A stretch of DNA of 32,000 nucleotides from Aquifex aeolicus VF5 (GCF_000008625.1 NC_000918.1:330001-362000), one strand, 5' to 3'. Shown: positions 9,619 through 19,045, counted from the first letter of the stretch. Program-made: numbers and translations. The notes: a model not told the origin generated them from the letters alone.

Positions 9619-10125
9619 TTATTCTTTTTCTGCTGCATTCTGCTTTACATAGAAAGGTAATTTTTCGTATATCTTTCTGTAAAGGTCGAAGGGTCTTCCT
9701 GCTAATTGTCCTATATCCCTGCTCCAAGGAGCTAAAGAAAAAGAAGCTATTTGTTTTACATCTCTTAGATTAAATATTCTAAGTGGTATACGTACAAAAA
9801 CCCCTTTGTCGTGGTAATTTTTATTAGGTCCCGTAAAGTCTGAAGTGTCTGAGTATGTATACCAGAACCCAACTTCAAAACCTTTGACTATTCTTGATAC
9901 TTCTATTCGTACACCTTTATCACCGGCTAGAAATCTACCCGCTTTCACACTAAATAACAGTTGAGGTTTTCTCGTCATATAGTAAGCCGATACGTAGAAA
10001 TCGTAAAAATCCCAATCTTTTCTAATCCCTAAAAACACGTCTGGCTTCCTTTTCCAGACGTAATCTCCCCCTATCCCCAAAGCAAACCTGCTGTCTCCGA
10101 AAAGGTGTAATACATCTCCCTACTT
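9619..10125 (-). pseudogene. YjbH-like exopolysaccharide outer-membrane protein, C-terminal fragment
   Basis: Open frame reads GDVLHLFGDSRFALGIGGDYVWKRKPDVFLGIRKDWDFYDFYVSAYY..., preceded immediately by an in-frame TAG with no N-terminal domain. A second near-identical copy lies at about 18258..18764. Confidence 0.65.
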
Positions 10126-10163
10126 TAAATAATACACATGCATTAAAAATAGGAAAAAAGCAA

Positions 10164-12749
10164 CTACAACTTTGTTATAGTGTAAACAGTTAGCGCTGAC
10201 TGGTATATTATCTGGATTACATCACGTATAAGCGGTCTCCACATGGTTGGTATTTTTATCTTCGTGGGTACTATTATTGCATCACCAGGCTCGAGCTTGT
10301 AATTCAGAATATCGTTATAAGCCCATCCCCAAATGAACCTTTTGCGTTCAGAATCCCATTCTATAAGACTTTTTCCGCTTTCCTGAGATATTGCTATTCC
10401 ATTTGCCTTGATTATGAATACGTTGTCTACGTCGGCATCTCTTGTAAAACCTCCGCTTAAAGCTATGTAATCCTTTACCTTCAGACCGGGTTTGTAAAGA
10501 ATTGCTGACGGATTCTGTACCTCTCCAAATACAAGTACAGCGGAAGGTTTTCTCGGCACGTAAATCATATCTCCATCTTCCAAGATTATGTTGTAGGGAG
10601 AATTCTTAAGAGCCTATATATCGGGGGGTATATTAAGACCTACGAGCCTTCCCGTTACCTGTACTTTTTCCATTTCCTGAAGCAATCTTCTTTTTGCCGC
10701 AAAAGCCTCTTTGTAAGCTTCCTTTTGCTCTTTTGGCAATTCAGCCTGCATGTATCCGGCAATTTCCTTTTCCAGTTGGGCTTTTAGGAAAACCATCGCC
10801 TTGTTTAGCCTTTCTCTTTGCATTTGAGCTATAGATTCTCTCAGTATTACTATTCCCTTAGGATATGCCATGGGTTTGAAGCCACCCGCTGCCTTCAATA
10901 CATCATAAAGGGTAGTCCTTTCACCTATCTTGTAAACACCCGGCTTCCATACTTGACCATAAACGTAAACCTTTGTAACCGTTTCATCCTCTTTGACTCT
11001 TTTTACTACAATTTCCGTTCCTGGTTTTAATTTCACAAAACTCAAAGGAGAAGGATGTTTCCTTAAATCGTTGAGGTAGAAAACTTCAACCTTTTTATCC
11101 TGTTTCACTATAACTTTCAACTCTCCCAACGGGTACTTAAACTTAACCTGTGATATTGCTTCCTCGAGAGTTAATCCCGGTTTATAAGTAACCCAAAGTG
11201 GTCTTTCCACTTCACCGCTTATTCTTACAGGTTCGTATACAAACTCCGGATAAAACACTATCCTGTCCCAGGATTGGAGTTTGATATCTTTGGAACCGTT
11301 CAATACTTCAATAGGTTTGAACTTTATTATTTCCTCCCTTTGAAGCGTTTTCGGATTAAAGCGTTCTATCTCCGCATAATTCAGGTTCGTATCTTTAAGA
11401 ATTAGGTCCTTCTGGAGGATTTCGGAAATGTAACAATCATCGGAACAAGCTACAGGACCTGTATACTTGTAGTATCCTGAAACTAAAACGTAGTTTTTTA
11501 CCAAATTCAGATTTATTTTCTTTCCTACGCTTTGTCCTAATTTAAAGAATATTAACCTATCGTAAGGCTTCAGCTCCATATCTTCCTTTCCTGTAAGAAC
11601 TTTTTCAGGTGAAAAGGCTATGTACTTCGGGATGGATCCTTTGGGATATTGCCTTACGAGAACGGCAAATTTAAGGTTTGTATCCTTAAAGAAAAGATCG
11701 GGGTTCAGGATATCAGATAACTTTAAACCCTCCTTATACTCGTACACTCCCGGGAGTGTTACATAACCTTCTATACTGTACGAGTTTTCAGGTATATCAG
11801 CCGACTTTTTGATCAATACTAAATCCCCGTCTCTTAAATTTTCGTTCATAAAGGCTTTATTGGTTAGGGAATCCTCTATTATCCTCAGTTTTCCATTTTC
11901 GTATCTCTGGAGTATAACCTTGTACTGGTACGAGGAAGGAAGAAGACCACCTGCAAGTTCTATAAGATCCTTGATTGTTTCACCACCTTTTATCTCATAG
12001 ATTGCAGGTCTTTTAACCTCACCAGCTATAGCAACCGTAGGGCCTATTGGTTTAACTAGAATAGTATCACCATCTCTCAACGTAAGATCTATAGGTTTCC
12101 CTTTTATGAATACATCGTACAGGTCTATGTTATAGGTTTTCAAACCAGAAGGTGTTTTCCTTGTAAGGATGATATTCCTCAAAGATCCTGTCTTTTTTAC
12201 ACCACCTGCAATAGAAAGAGCGTCTATTACTGTGTTTACAGCCGTTGCTACGTGAGTTCCCGGTCTGTTTACTTCTCCTGCAACGTAAATCACAAAAGTT
12301 CTGATTTCCCCGACCGTTACCTTTAGATCCAGACCAAGTTCCTGTCTAAGGAGTTCCTCAGTTTCTTTTAACGTAAGTCCCCATACGTTAAAAACACCTA
12401 GGTTAGGAATGGAAATATTTCCTTCTCTGTCAACAATTGTCTTTATTACCGGGGGGATTTCTTGATTAGATGGAAGACCTACTATGTATATGATTACTTC
12501 GTCTCCTGGGCCAAGCTTGTAATTTTCGCTGACGGGAAGGACTAACTTTGATACGTCTAAAGGAGTCATAAAAAACTCGTACCCAAATTGTCTGAGAGGC
12601 GTACTGTTTCTGGAAGAAAACTCCTTTTCTATTTTGGATATCAAATTTTTATACTTTGGAAGTTTCTTAGGTTGAGGTTTATCTTTTGCGTATACAAATA
12701 AAAAAGCCGCAACGAAAATAAGGATAAGTGATCTAAGAAACACTTTCAT
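10164..12749 (-). pseudogene. SLBB-domain polysaccharide export protein (Wza/KpsD-like) with in-frame TAG at 10614..10616 (ORFs 10614..12749 and 10164..10583)
   Basis: Signal peptide MKVFLRSLILIFVAAFLFVYA, poly-export domain (YKLGPGDEVIIYI), and repeated SLBB modules. The two ORFs are in the same frame: ...LVGLNIPPDI*ALKNSPYNIILEDGDMIYVPRKPSAVLVFGEVQNPS... Confidence 0.88.
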
Positions 12750-13908
12750 TTTCCTGTCCCTCCACATTCTCACTGTATCTCTTCCTTGCATTATTTAACC
12801 ACTCCTTAAAGAATGCTAAGAATATACCTGTAAAAAGACCGCTTACAAAGGAAACAGCTAAGATTAAAGCTTTTTTAGGCTTTGCCGGTTTTTGAGGAAT
12901 ATAAGGAGGATCTATGATCTGGAATGATACGGATTCCTTCACTTCGTTTGCCTTTGCGATCTGATACTGCTGGAATAATGTGGAAAGCAGGTTTTTGAGT
13001 ACCTCAAATTGCCACTGGAGTTTCTGGTAATTGAATTGGTACTCAGGTAAATTTCTATTCATTCCCTTAGCTATTGGTATATTCCTTTCTAAGTTTTGCT
13101 TTAAATTACCAGGAATATCAAATTTATCGTTGTTCTCGTAATTTAAACTTTCTTTGAAGATTTTACTTATAAACCTCTCATCAACAACTATCGGTACTTC
13201 TTTTATCTCACCCTTTATAAACTTGAGGTAAACCTCTTCCAGAACCTTTTGTTTATTGAGCACTTCCTTTATCTGGTTTTCAAGAAATATCCTGTGCTTC
13301 TTGGCTAAAGACCAGCTTTTTTCGTTCAGTATCTTATAAGCCTCTTCCAAGGAAACCTGTGCAATTTTATACGCCATATGCGGATCTTCTGGAAATTCTA
13401 CTGAAAAAGTTATAGTTCCTGTTTTTTTATTTGAGGAAACAGAAATTAAGTCTTCTAACAATTCGGCTCCATCTAGAATTGTGGGAATATCTTCTGGTTC
13501 AAGATCTTGTCTCCAAGTATTCCTACTTTCGTCCCATAAATCCTTGAACAAGACAGGCATAAGGTTTAATTTCTCAATCACTCTTTCCCTTAAAGTTCTG
13601 CTTTTTAAAACGGACTCAACGGTTACTTTATCTGCAACAGATGGTAGGGGTACTGGAAGACCTTCCAGTATTGAGGGTAAATTTGTTTTTTCTCCGCCTA
13701 TAGGAAATATCACAGCTTCGGTTTTGTAAACCGGAGGAGCTATGAATACATATGCAACCGCACCTGCAATAAAGATAACTAGAGTAAGCAGTATAACCCT
13801 GAACCTTTTTTTAAGTACAACCCAGAGCTCATATAGATCTATTTCATCTTCCTCGTACATCGGATATCCTAACTTCTCACTCTTCCGATCAATACTCTTT
13901 TCTTCCAT
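12733..13908 (-). CDS. Wzz-type polysaccharide chain-length determinant / co-polymerase
   Basis: MEEKSIDRKSEKLGYPMYEEDEIDLYELWVVLKKRFRVILLTLVIFIAGAVAYVF...PPVYKTEA, and C-terminal IIDPPYIPQKPAKPKKALILAVSFVSGLFTGIFLAFF. Confidence 0.9.
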   Translation of the reverse strand: MEEKSIDRKSEKLGYPMYEEDEIDLYELWVVLKKRFRVILLTLVIFIAGAVAYVFIAPPVYKTEAVIFPIGGEKTNLPSILEGLPVPLPSVADKVTVESVLKSRTLRERVIEKLNLMPVLFKDLWDESRNTWRQDLEPEDIPTILDGAELLEDLISVSSNKKTGTITFSVEFPEDPHMAYKIAQVSLEEAYKILNEKSWSLAKKHRIFLENQIKEVLNKQKVLEEVYLKFIKGEIKEVPIVVDERFISKIFKESLNYENNDKFDIPGNLKQNLERNIPIAKGMNRNLPEYQFNYQKLQWQFEVLKNLLSTLFQQYQIAKANEVKESVSFQIIDPPYIPQKPAKPKKALILAVSFVSGLFTGIFLAFFKEWLNNARKRYSENVEGQENESVS

Positions 13909-13966
13909 ACTGGATATCATTTTATATGATGCTAAATTGAGTGTCCGTATAAATTTTAAACTTACA

Positions 13967-14278
13967 ATGGCAAAGATTGAAACGATAGAAGATCTCAGGA
14001 AATATATAGAAGATTTTTTCAAACGGAGAAACAAGAAGGTAAAGGTTATACTTTTTGGTTCCAGAGCACGGGGAACGCATACATCATATTCAGATGTGGA
14101 TATTGCTATTTTGTCGGATGAAAATATAGATAACGATCTGATACTACTTAGAGAAGAAATAGAAAACTCATTGTTGCCTCAGAAAGTTGATATAGTCGGC
14201 TTTTCAAAACTTGAGGAGAGTTTTAAAGAAGAAATCCTAAAAGAGGGAAAAGTGTGGATAGACTTAACAAAATCCTAA
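13967..14278 (+). CDS. Minimal nucleotidyltransferase (MNT, MntA/HI0073-like)
   Basis: MAKIETIEDLRKYIEDFFKRRNKKVKVILFGSRARGTHTSYSDVDIAILSD: GSxxxG...DVD catalytic signature. Start inferred inside the longer ORF 13742..14278. Confidence 0.88.
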   Translation: MAKIETIEDLRKYIEDFFKRRNKKVKVILFGSRARGTHTSYSDVDIAILSDENIDNDLILLREEIENSLLPQKVDIVGFSKLEESFKEEILKEGKVWIDLTKS

Positions 14279-14664
14279 AAGACTTTTCTTCAGCGGTAAA
14301 TAGATTAGAAAAAGCGATAAATAAAGCAAAAGAATTTAAAGGATCAGAGGAGTACTCCTTTTACAGAGATTCTGCCATACAAAGATTCGAGTTCACGTTT
14401 GAATTAATGTGGAAAGTACTGAAAGTATTTCTCGAAAAAGAAGGAATACTCTGTAGATCGCCTAGAAGTTGTATAAGAGCTTTCTTTAACGCAGGCTATT
14501 CCACAGAAGAAGAAACAAGACTTATGCTAAAAATGGTAGAGGATAGAAACTTAACCGTACACACTTACAACGAAAAGCTTGCTGAGGAAATATTCAGCAG
14601 ACTTGAGAGCTACGTAAAGATCTTTCGAAGCATTTATGAAACAATTGAGGATGGATCACATTAG
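14254..14664 (+). CDS. HEPN-domain partner (HI0074/HepT-like, nucleotidyltransferase substrate-binding family)
   Basis: Overlaps the MNT gene by 25 nt. FEFTFELMWKVLKVFLEKEG family signature and RNLTVHTY, which matches an RX4HXY motif. Confidence 0.85.
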   Translation: MDRLNKILKDFSSAVNRLEKAINKAKEFKGSEEYSFYRDSAIQRFEFTFELMWKVLKVFLEKEGILCRSPRSCIRAFFNAGYSTEEETRLMLKMVEDRNLTVHTYNEKLAEEIFSRLESYVKIFRSIYETIEDGSH

Positions 14665-14763
14665 ATATGAGTCAAGTATTGTTAACCTCAATTTACGAAA
14701 TACTTGTTGCTTTTTTTATTTGCTTTAAAGTACAATATTTGAAAGCAAGGGATTAGTTTACCT

Positions 14764-15060
14764 GAATGAATGATGAGCTTTTTAAAAGCTACACACTGCA
14801 GGATTATATAAGAATGGTTGGAGAAGCTGTAAGTAAAGCTCTTGAAAATAAAGACAGCTTTATCATATTCTTCGGTAAGGAAATCTGAGGAGGACTTCCG
14901 ACATAGATGTGGGAATTTACTGCGGAAAGAAACTTGACCTTTGACTTACGTGAAGATACTGGAAGAGATTGAAGCTCTGCTGATGCTGAGAAAAAAAAAG
15001 AAAAGATTTATAAGGCAATAAAGAAAGTGCGGGTAGCTTTTAGAAAAGAGATAAAGGGAA
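14764..15060 (+). pseudogene. Degenerate second minimal nucleotidyltransferase
   Basis: MNDELFKSYTLQDYIRMVGEAVSKALENKDSFIIFFGKEI* followed in another frame by TSDIDVGIYCGKKLDL. The GSRxxG portion is lost or frameshifted and further stops follow. Confidence 0.6.
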
Positions 15061-15063
15061 AAA

Positions 15064-16395
15064 GTGATTATGGGAATTGAGGAAAAACTTACTACTGCTT
15101 CTAAGATTAAAAGCCTTCTTAACATTCGGGAACAGGAAAAGGTTTTAGATGCATTAATAAGATCCTCTTTTATTAATATATTAGCAAGAGGTTTTGGCTA
15201 TTTAAAACACGTAACAATTGCAGTTGTTCTAGGGTTTAACCTTCAAACTGATGCTTTTTTTATGGCATTATCACTTATAGGTATATTTCTTATTTTTGCG
15301 GATGTTTTTGATTCCATAGGTGTTCCAAATTTGGTTGACGCAAGATTAAAAAGTCAGGAGGAGTTTAAGAAATTATCTGGATTGCTTTTTACCTTTACAC
15401 TAATATTAACTTTTTTAACAGGATTCTTAGCAATAGGTTTCTATCCATTCGTTCTTAAAATTCCTGTAGGATTTAATATGGAAGCTTTATCATATACGCA
15501 AGTGGCATATTTTTTACTACTTCCATACTTGCTTTTTAATTTTCTATTTCACCACTTTGGTGCTGTTCTCAGAAGTGTAAGAAGATTTACAGTTTACTTT
15601 GTAGGGGAATTTTTATTTTCCTTTTTTAGTTTTTTATTTATTTTCTTAGGTTTGATTTTTTATAATAAATGGCTTGTTTTACCATTGTCAATTTCATTTG
15701 CACAAATAATTGCCACACTTTATATGTTTTATGTAGGAAGAGAATTTATTCATATAAATTTTTTTCTAAATCAGACTACGAAAAAAATTTTAAATCATTT
15801 TTTTTATCTTTCAGCGTTATATGGAGTGCTTCATTTGTTTATTGTTATTGATAGAGCATTTGGTTCATTGCTTGGAGAGAAATCAATTTCCGCTATTCAT
15901 TACGGTTTAATAGTTGCCAGTATTCCAAGAGGAATAATAAGGCTTGAAAATATCGCTATAACTTCACTTTCTGAATCAAAAGGAGACATAAAAAAGTTGA
16001 ATTTTTATATAAAAAGAATTTTAATTGTTTCAGGAATATCATTATTATTTTTCTTTGTTTTTGCTGAAATTATTGTTAAACTTCTTTTTGGATATGGTGC
16101 TTTCACTCAAATGGATTTAATTCTTACAGTAGAAGCAACCAGATTTTACTCTTTAAGCCTTCCTTTTATGTTTTTATGGCCAATTTTATACAGAGTTTTC
16201 CAGATAAAGGAAAATTTGAAACCAGTGTTTTTTATAGCCATATCAGGAATAACTGTAAACGGTATTTTAAATTATTTTTTTGTGCTAAAACTTAATTATG
16301 GTATAAAAGGTATAGCACTTGGAACTTTAGGAGCGTATATTGTAATATGTAGTTTAAGTTATATAATACTTTATTATAAATACAGGAGAAATTAA
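15064..16395 (+). CDS. MurJ/Wzx-like polytopic lipid-linked oligosaccharide flippase
   Basis: 443 aa with many TM segments; RSSFINILARGFGYLKHVTIAVVLGFNLQTDAFFMALSL and MurJ-like ILYRVFQIKENLKPVFFIAISGITVNGILNYFFV. Confidence 0.8.
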   Translation: MIMGIEEKLTTASKIKSLLNIREQEKVLDALIRSSFINILARGFGYLKHVTIAVVLGFNLQTDAFFMALSLIGIFLIFADVFDSIGVPNLVDARLKSQEEFKKLSGLLFTFTLILTFLTGFLAIGFYPFVLKIPVGFNMEALSYTQVAYFLLLPYLLFNFLFHHFGAVLRSVRRFTVYFVGEFLFSFFSFLFIFLGLIFYNKWLVLPLSISFAQIIATLYMFYVGREFIHINFFLNQTTKKILNHFFYLSALYGVLHLFIVIDRAFGSLLGEKSISAIHYGLIVASIPRGIIRLENIAITSLSESKGDIKKLNFYIKRILIVSGISLLFFFVFAEIIVKLLFGYGAFTQMDLILTVEATRFYSLSLPFMFLWPILYRVFQIKENLKPVFFIAISGITVNGILNYFFVLKLNYGIKGIALGTLGAYIVICSLSYIILYYKYRRN

Positions 16396-16866
16396 ATGGT
16401 AAAAAGTGATTATACAAGATGCCCAATTTGTGAAACTCAGAAGAATGTGAACCAGTATATAGACACTTACATTTCTCCTTTTAATAATCAGGAATATAAA
16501 CTCTACGAATGCTCAAATTGTAAACTCCAGTGGTGGGAACCATTAAAAATTATTCCTGAATTTTATGAAAATGAAGTTTTTGACTCCTATATTTCCTTCC
16601 ATGAAGGTATTAGAAGTAGAATAGGCAAAAATCATGAAGCTTTTTTCAAGTATGTCCCTAAAAATGTAAAAGGGAAATTGTTAGATATAGGGTGTGGAGA
16701 TGGAGTTTTTCTTAGAGAAGCTCAAAAATATGGATTTGAAGTGTGGGGAATAGATTTTGATAAAAAAAGTGTTGAAACTGCTAAAAAAAACTTAGGGGTT
16801 AAAACTATTTATGCGATGAGTCTTGAAGAATTTCATAAATTTGCTAAAGATAATAATATAAGATAA
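16396..16866 (+). pseudogene. Class I SAM-dependent methyltransferase with N-terminal zinc-ribbon-like CPIC...CSNC, 3'-truncated
   Basis: KLLDIGCGDGVFLREAQKYGFEVWGIDFDKKSVETAKK motif I/II. Ends soon after, where a murB-derived sequence begins. Confidence 0.75.
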
Positions 16867-16870
16867 AGAG

Positions 16871-17546
16871 TATTAAAGTAAAAGAAATTAATGAAAAATT
16901 TTTAGTGGAGGCATTTGCTGGAACTCCTTTAAAGGATTTAATAAGGTTTAGTGTAAAGGAAAATATAAGGAATTTCTACAAACTTCTCGGTTTTCCGGCA
17001 AGTGTCGGGGGAGCGGTCAGTATGAACGCGGGAGCTTTCGGAGTTGAGATATCGGATTTTTTAAAAGAAGTTTACTTCGTGGATTGGGAGGGGAAACTCC
17101 AAAAAGCAAAAAGGGATGAACTGAGTTTCTCTTACAGAAAGTCACCTTTTCCGGAACTTGGAATAGTTTACAAAGTGGTTTTTGAGCTTGGAAAAAGTGA
17201 AGAAAATATACTTCCCAAGTACGAAAAAATAAGAAGAATAAGGAAAGAAAAACAGCCTATAAACTTTCCAACCAGCGGTTCTACCTTCAAAAATCCTAAA
17301 GGTAATTTTGCTGGAAAACTTCTGGAAGAAGTAAGTTTAAAAGGTTTTAGACTTAAAAACGTGGGATTTTCCGAAAAACACGCTAACTTCCTTGTGAATT
17401 ACGGAGGGGGAACATTTTCGGAAGTGGTGGATTTGATAAACATTGCAAAAGAAAGGGTTTACGAAAACTTCGGTATAGTATTGGAGGAGGAGGTAAAACT
17501 GATTGAGAGTAGTGGTTCTGATGGGTGGAAGGTCCTCGGAGCGTGA
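16871..17546 (+). pseudogene. 5'-truncated duplicate of murB
   Basis: Aligns colinearly (offset 6541) with 23412..24087 of the intact murB with scattered substitutions. The N-terminal about 73 codons, including the FAD-binding start, are absent. Confidence 0.9.
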
Positions 17547-17718
17547 AATTTCCCTGAAAACGGGAAAGGCGGTTGCCAACGCATTGAAAGAACTGGGGCA
17601 CGAAGTTTACGAGCTTGACCTTGACAAGGAACTTCCCTGTAAACTCCTCGAGATAAAGCCCGATAAAGTATTTATAGCCCTTCACGGAAGGTACGGGGAA
17701 GACGGAACCGTGCAGGGA
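17503..17718 (+). pseudogene. 3'-truncated duplicate of ddl (N-terminal about 72 codons)
   Basis: LRVVVLMGGRSSEREISLKTGKAVANALKELGHEVYELDLDKELPCKLLEIKPDKVFIALHGRYGEDGTVQG matches 24044..24259, then switches abruptly to phosphohexomutase sequence. Confidence 0.9.
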
Positions 17719-18243
17719 ATCGTGAACTATAAGCGCCTCCCTTTCTTTGAATAAATCCATATCGAAGAATTCCCTTATTTTTTCTACGTACTTTTTTCTG
17801 ACCTCCTGGTATTCGGGTTCGAATTCTCTTACTTCTACGCTTTCTAAATCCTTAACCTTTTCTTCAACGCTCTTTACAAATTCCGGAGTTGCAGAACCCC
17901 CGAAGCTTTCTTTGATCTTGTACCCGTTGTAAGCCGGTGGATTGTGAGAAGCCGTAATCATAACCCCGTTTTCATATCCGAGATACTTTACAGCGAAAGA
18001 AACCATAGGCGTAGTACAGGCACTTCCAACTAGTTTCGCCTCAAGTCCCTCACTTCTAAATACGTCGTAAACAGCTTTAGCAAAATCTTCAGAACGAAAA
18101 CGCCAGTCGTACCCGACTATTACACGTTTTACCCCTTTTTCCTTTAAAACTTCCGCGTGCGCCTTTGCAACTCTCCTTACATTATCAAAGTTAAACTCTT
18201 CCGCTATCCTTGCCCTCCACCCATCCGTCCCGAACTTAATCAT
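17719..18243 (-). pseudogene. 3'-truncated duplicate of phosphoglucomutase/phosphomannomutase (N-terminal half)
   Basis: Aligns at constant offset 8639 to 9080..9604: MIKFGTDGWR...TASHNPPAYNGYK...VHDSLHG, then ends at the junction with ddl-derived DNA. Confidence 0.9.
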
Positions 18244-18257
18244 AATGGAATATTGTA

Positions 18258-18764
18258 TTATTCTTTTTCTGCTGCATTCTGCTTTACATAGAAAGGTAAT
18301 TTTTCGTATATCTTTCTGTAAAGGTCGAAGGGTCTTCCTGCTAATTGTCCTATATCCCTGCTCCAAGGAGCTAAAGAAAAAGAAGCTATTTGTTTTACAT
18401 CTCTTAGATTAAATATTCTAAGTGGTATACGTACAAAAACCCCTTTGTCGTGGTAATTTTTATTAGGTCCCGTAAAGTCTGAAGTGTCTGAGTATGTATA
18501 CCAGAACCCAACTTCAAAACCTTTGACTATTCTTGATACTTCTATTCGTACACCTTTATCACCGACCAGAAATCTACCTGCTTTCACACTAAACAACAGT
18601 TGTGGTTTTTGAGTCATGTAATAAGCCGATACGTAAAAATCGTAAAAATCCCAGTCTTTTCTAACACCTAAAAACACGTCTGGCTTCCTTTTCCAGACGT
18701 AATCTCCCCCTATCCCCAAAGCAAACCTGCTGTCTCCGAAAAGGTGTAATACATCTCCCTACTT
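18258..18764 (-). pseudogene. Duplicate YjbH-like C-terminal fragment
   Basis: Near-identical to 9619..10125; same truncation point. Confidence 0.7.
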
Positions 18765-18802
18765 TAAATAATACACATGCATTAAAAATAGGAAAAAAGC
18801 AA

Positions 18803-18858
18803 CTACAACTTTGTTATAGTGTAAACAGTAAGTGCTGACTGGTATATTATCTGTATTA
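18803..18858 (-). pseudogene. Terminal scar of a second SLBB/Wza-like gene
   Basis: Matches 10164..10219, encoding the last residues (QIIYQSALTVYTITKL*) of the export protein. Homology stops at about 18859. Confidence 0.65.
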
Positions 18859-18859
18859 C

Positions 18860-19045
18860 AAACCAAAAACATATCAAAAACTTGCAAATACGCTCGGAAT
18901 ATCAAGAAACACATTCTATAAATGGCTAAAAAGATATGAAAAAGATGGACTTGCAGGTCTTTACGATAAACCTAAAGCTCCAGTAAACACAAGAAAACCA
19001 ACCATAAGAAACAAATGCAAAGAAAGGGTGGATAAAGCTTTATAT
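18860..19045 (+). mobile_element. N-terminal HTH fragment of a transposase
   Basis: Translates YQKLANTLGISRNTFYKWLKRYEKDGLAGLYDKPKAPVNTRKPTIRNKCKERVDKALYNLRP*: HTH transposase N-terminus with no catalytic domain. Confidence 0.6.

Noticed and set aside
13742-13966. N-terminal extension of the MNT ORF (MNTYATAPAIKITRVSSITLN...)
   Set aside because: Antisense to wzz. The conserved MNT protein begins at MAKIETIEDLRKYI (13967).
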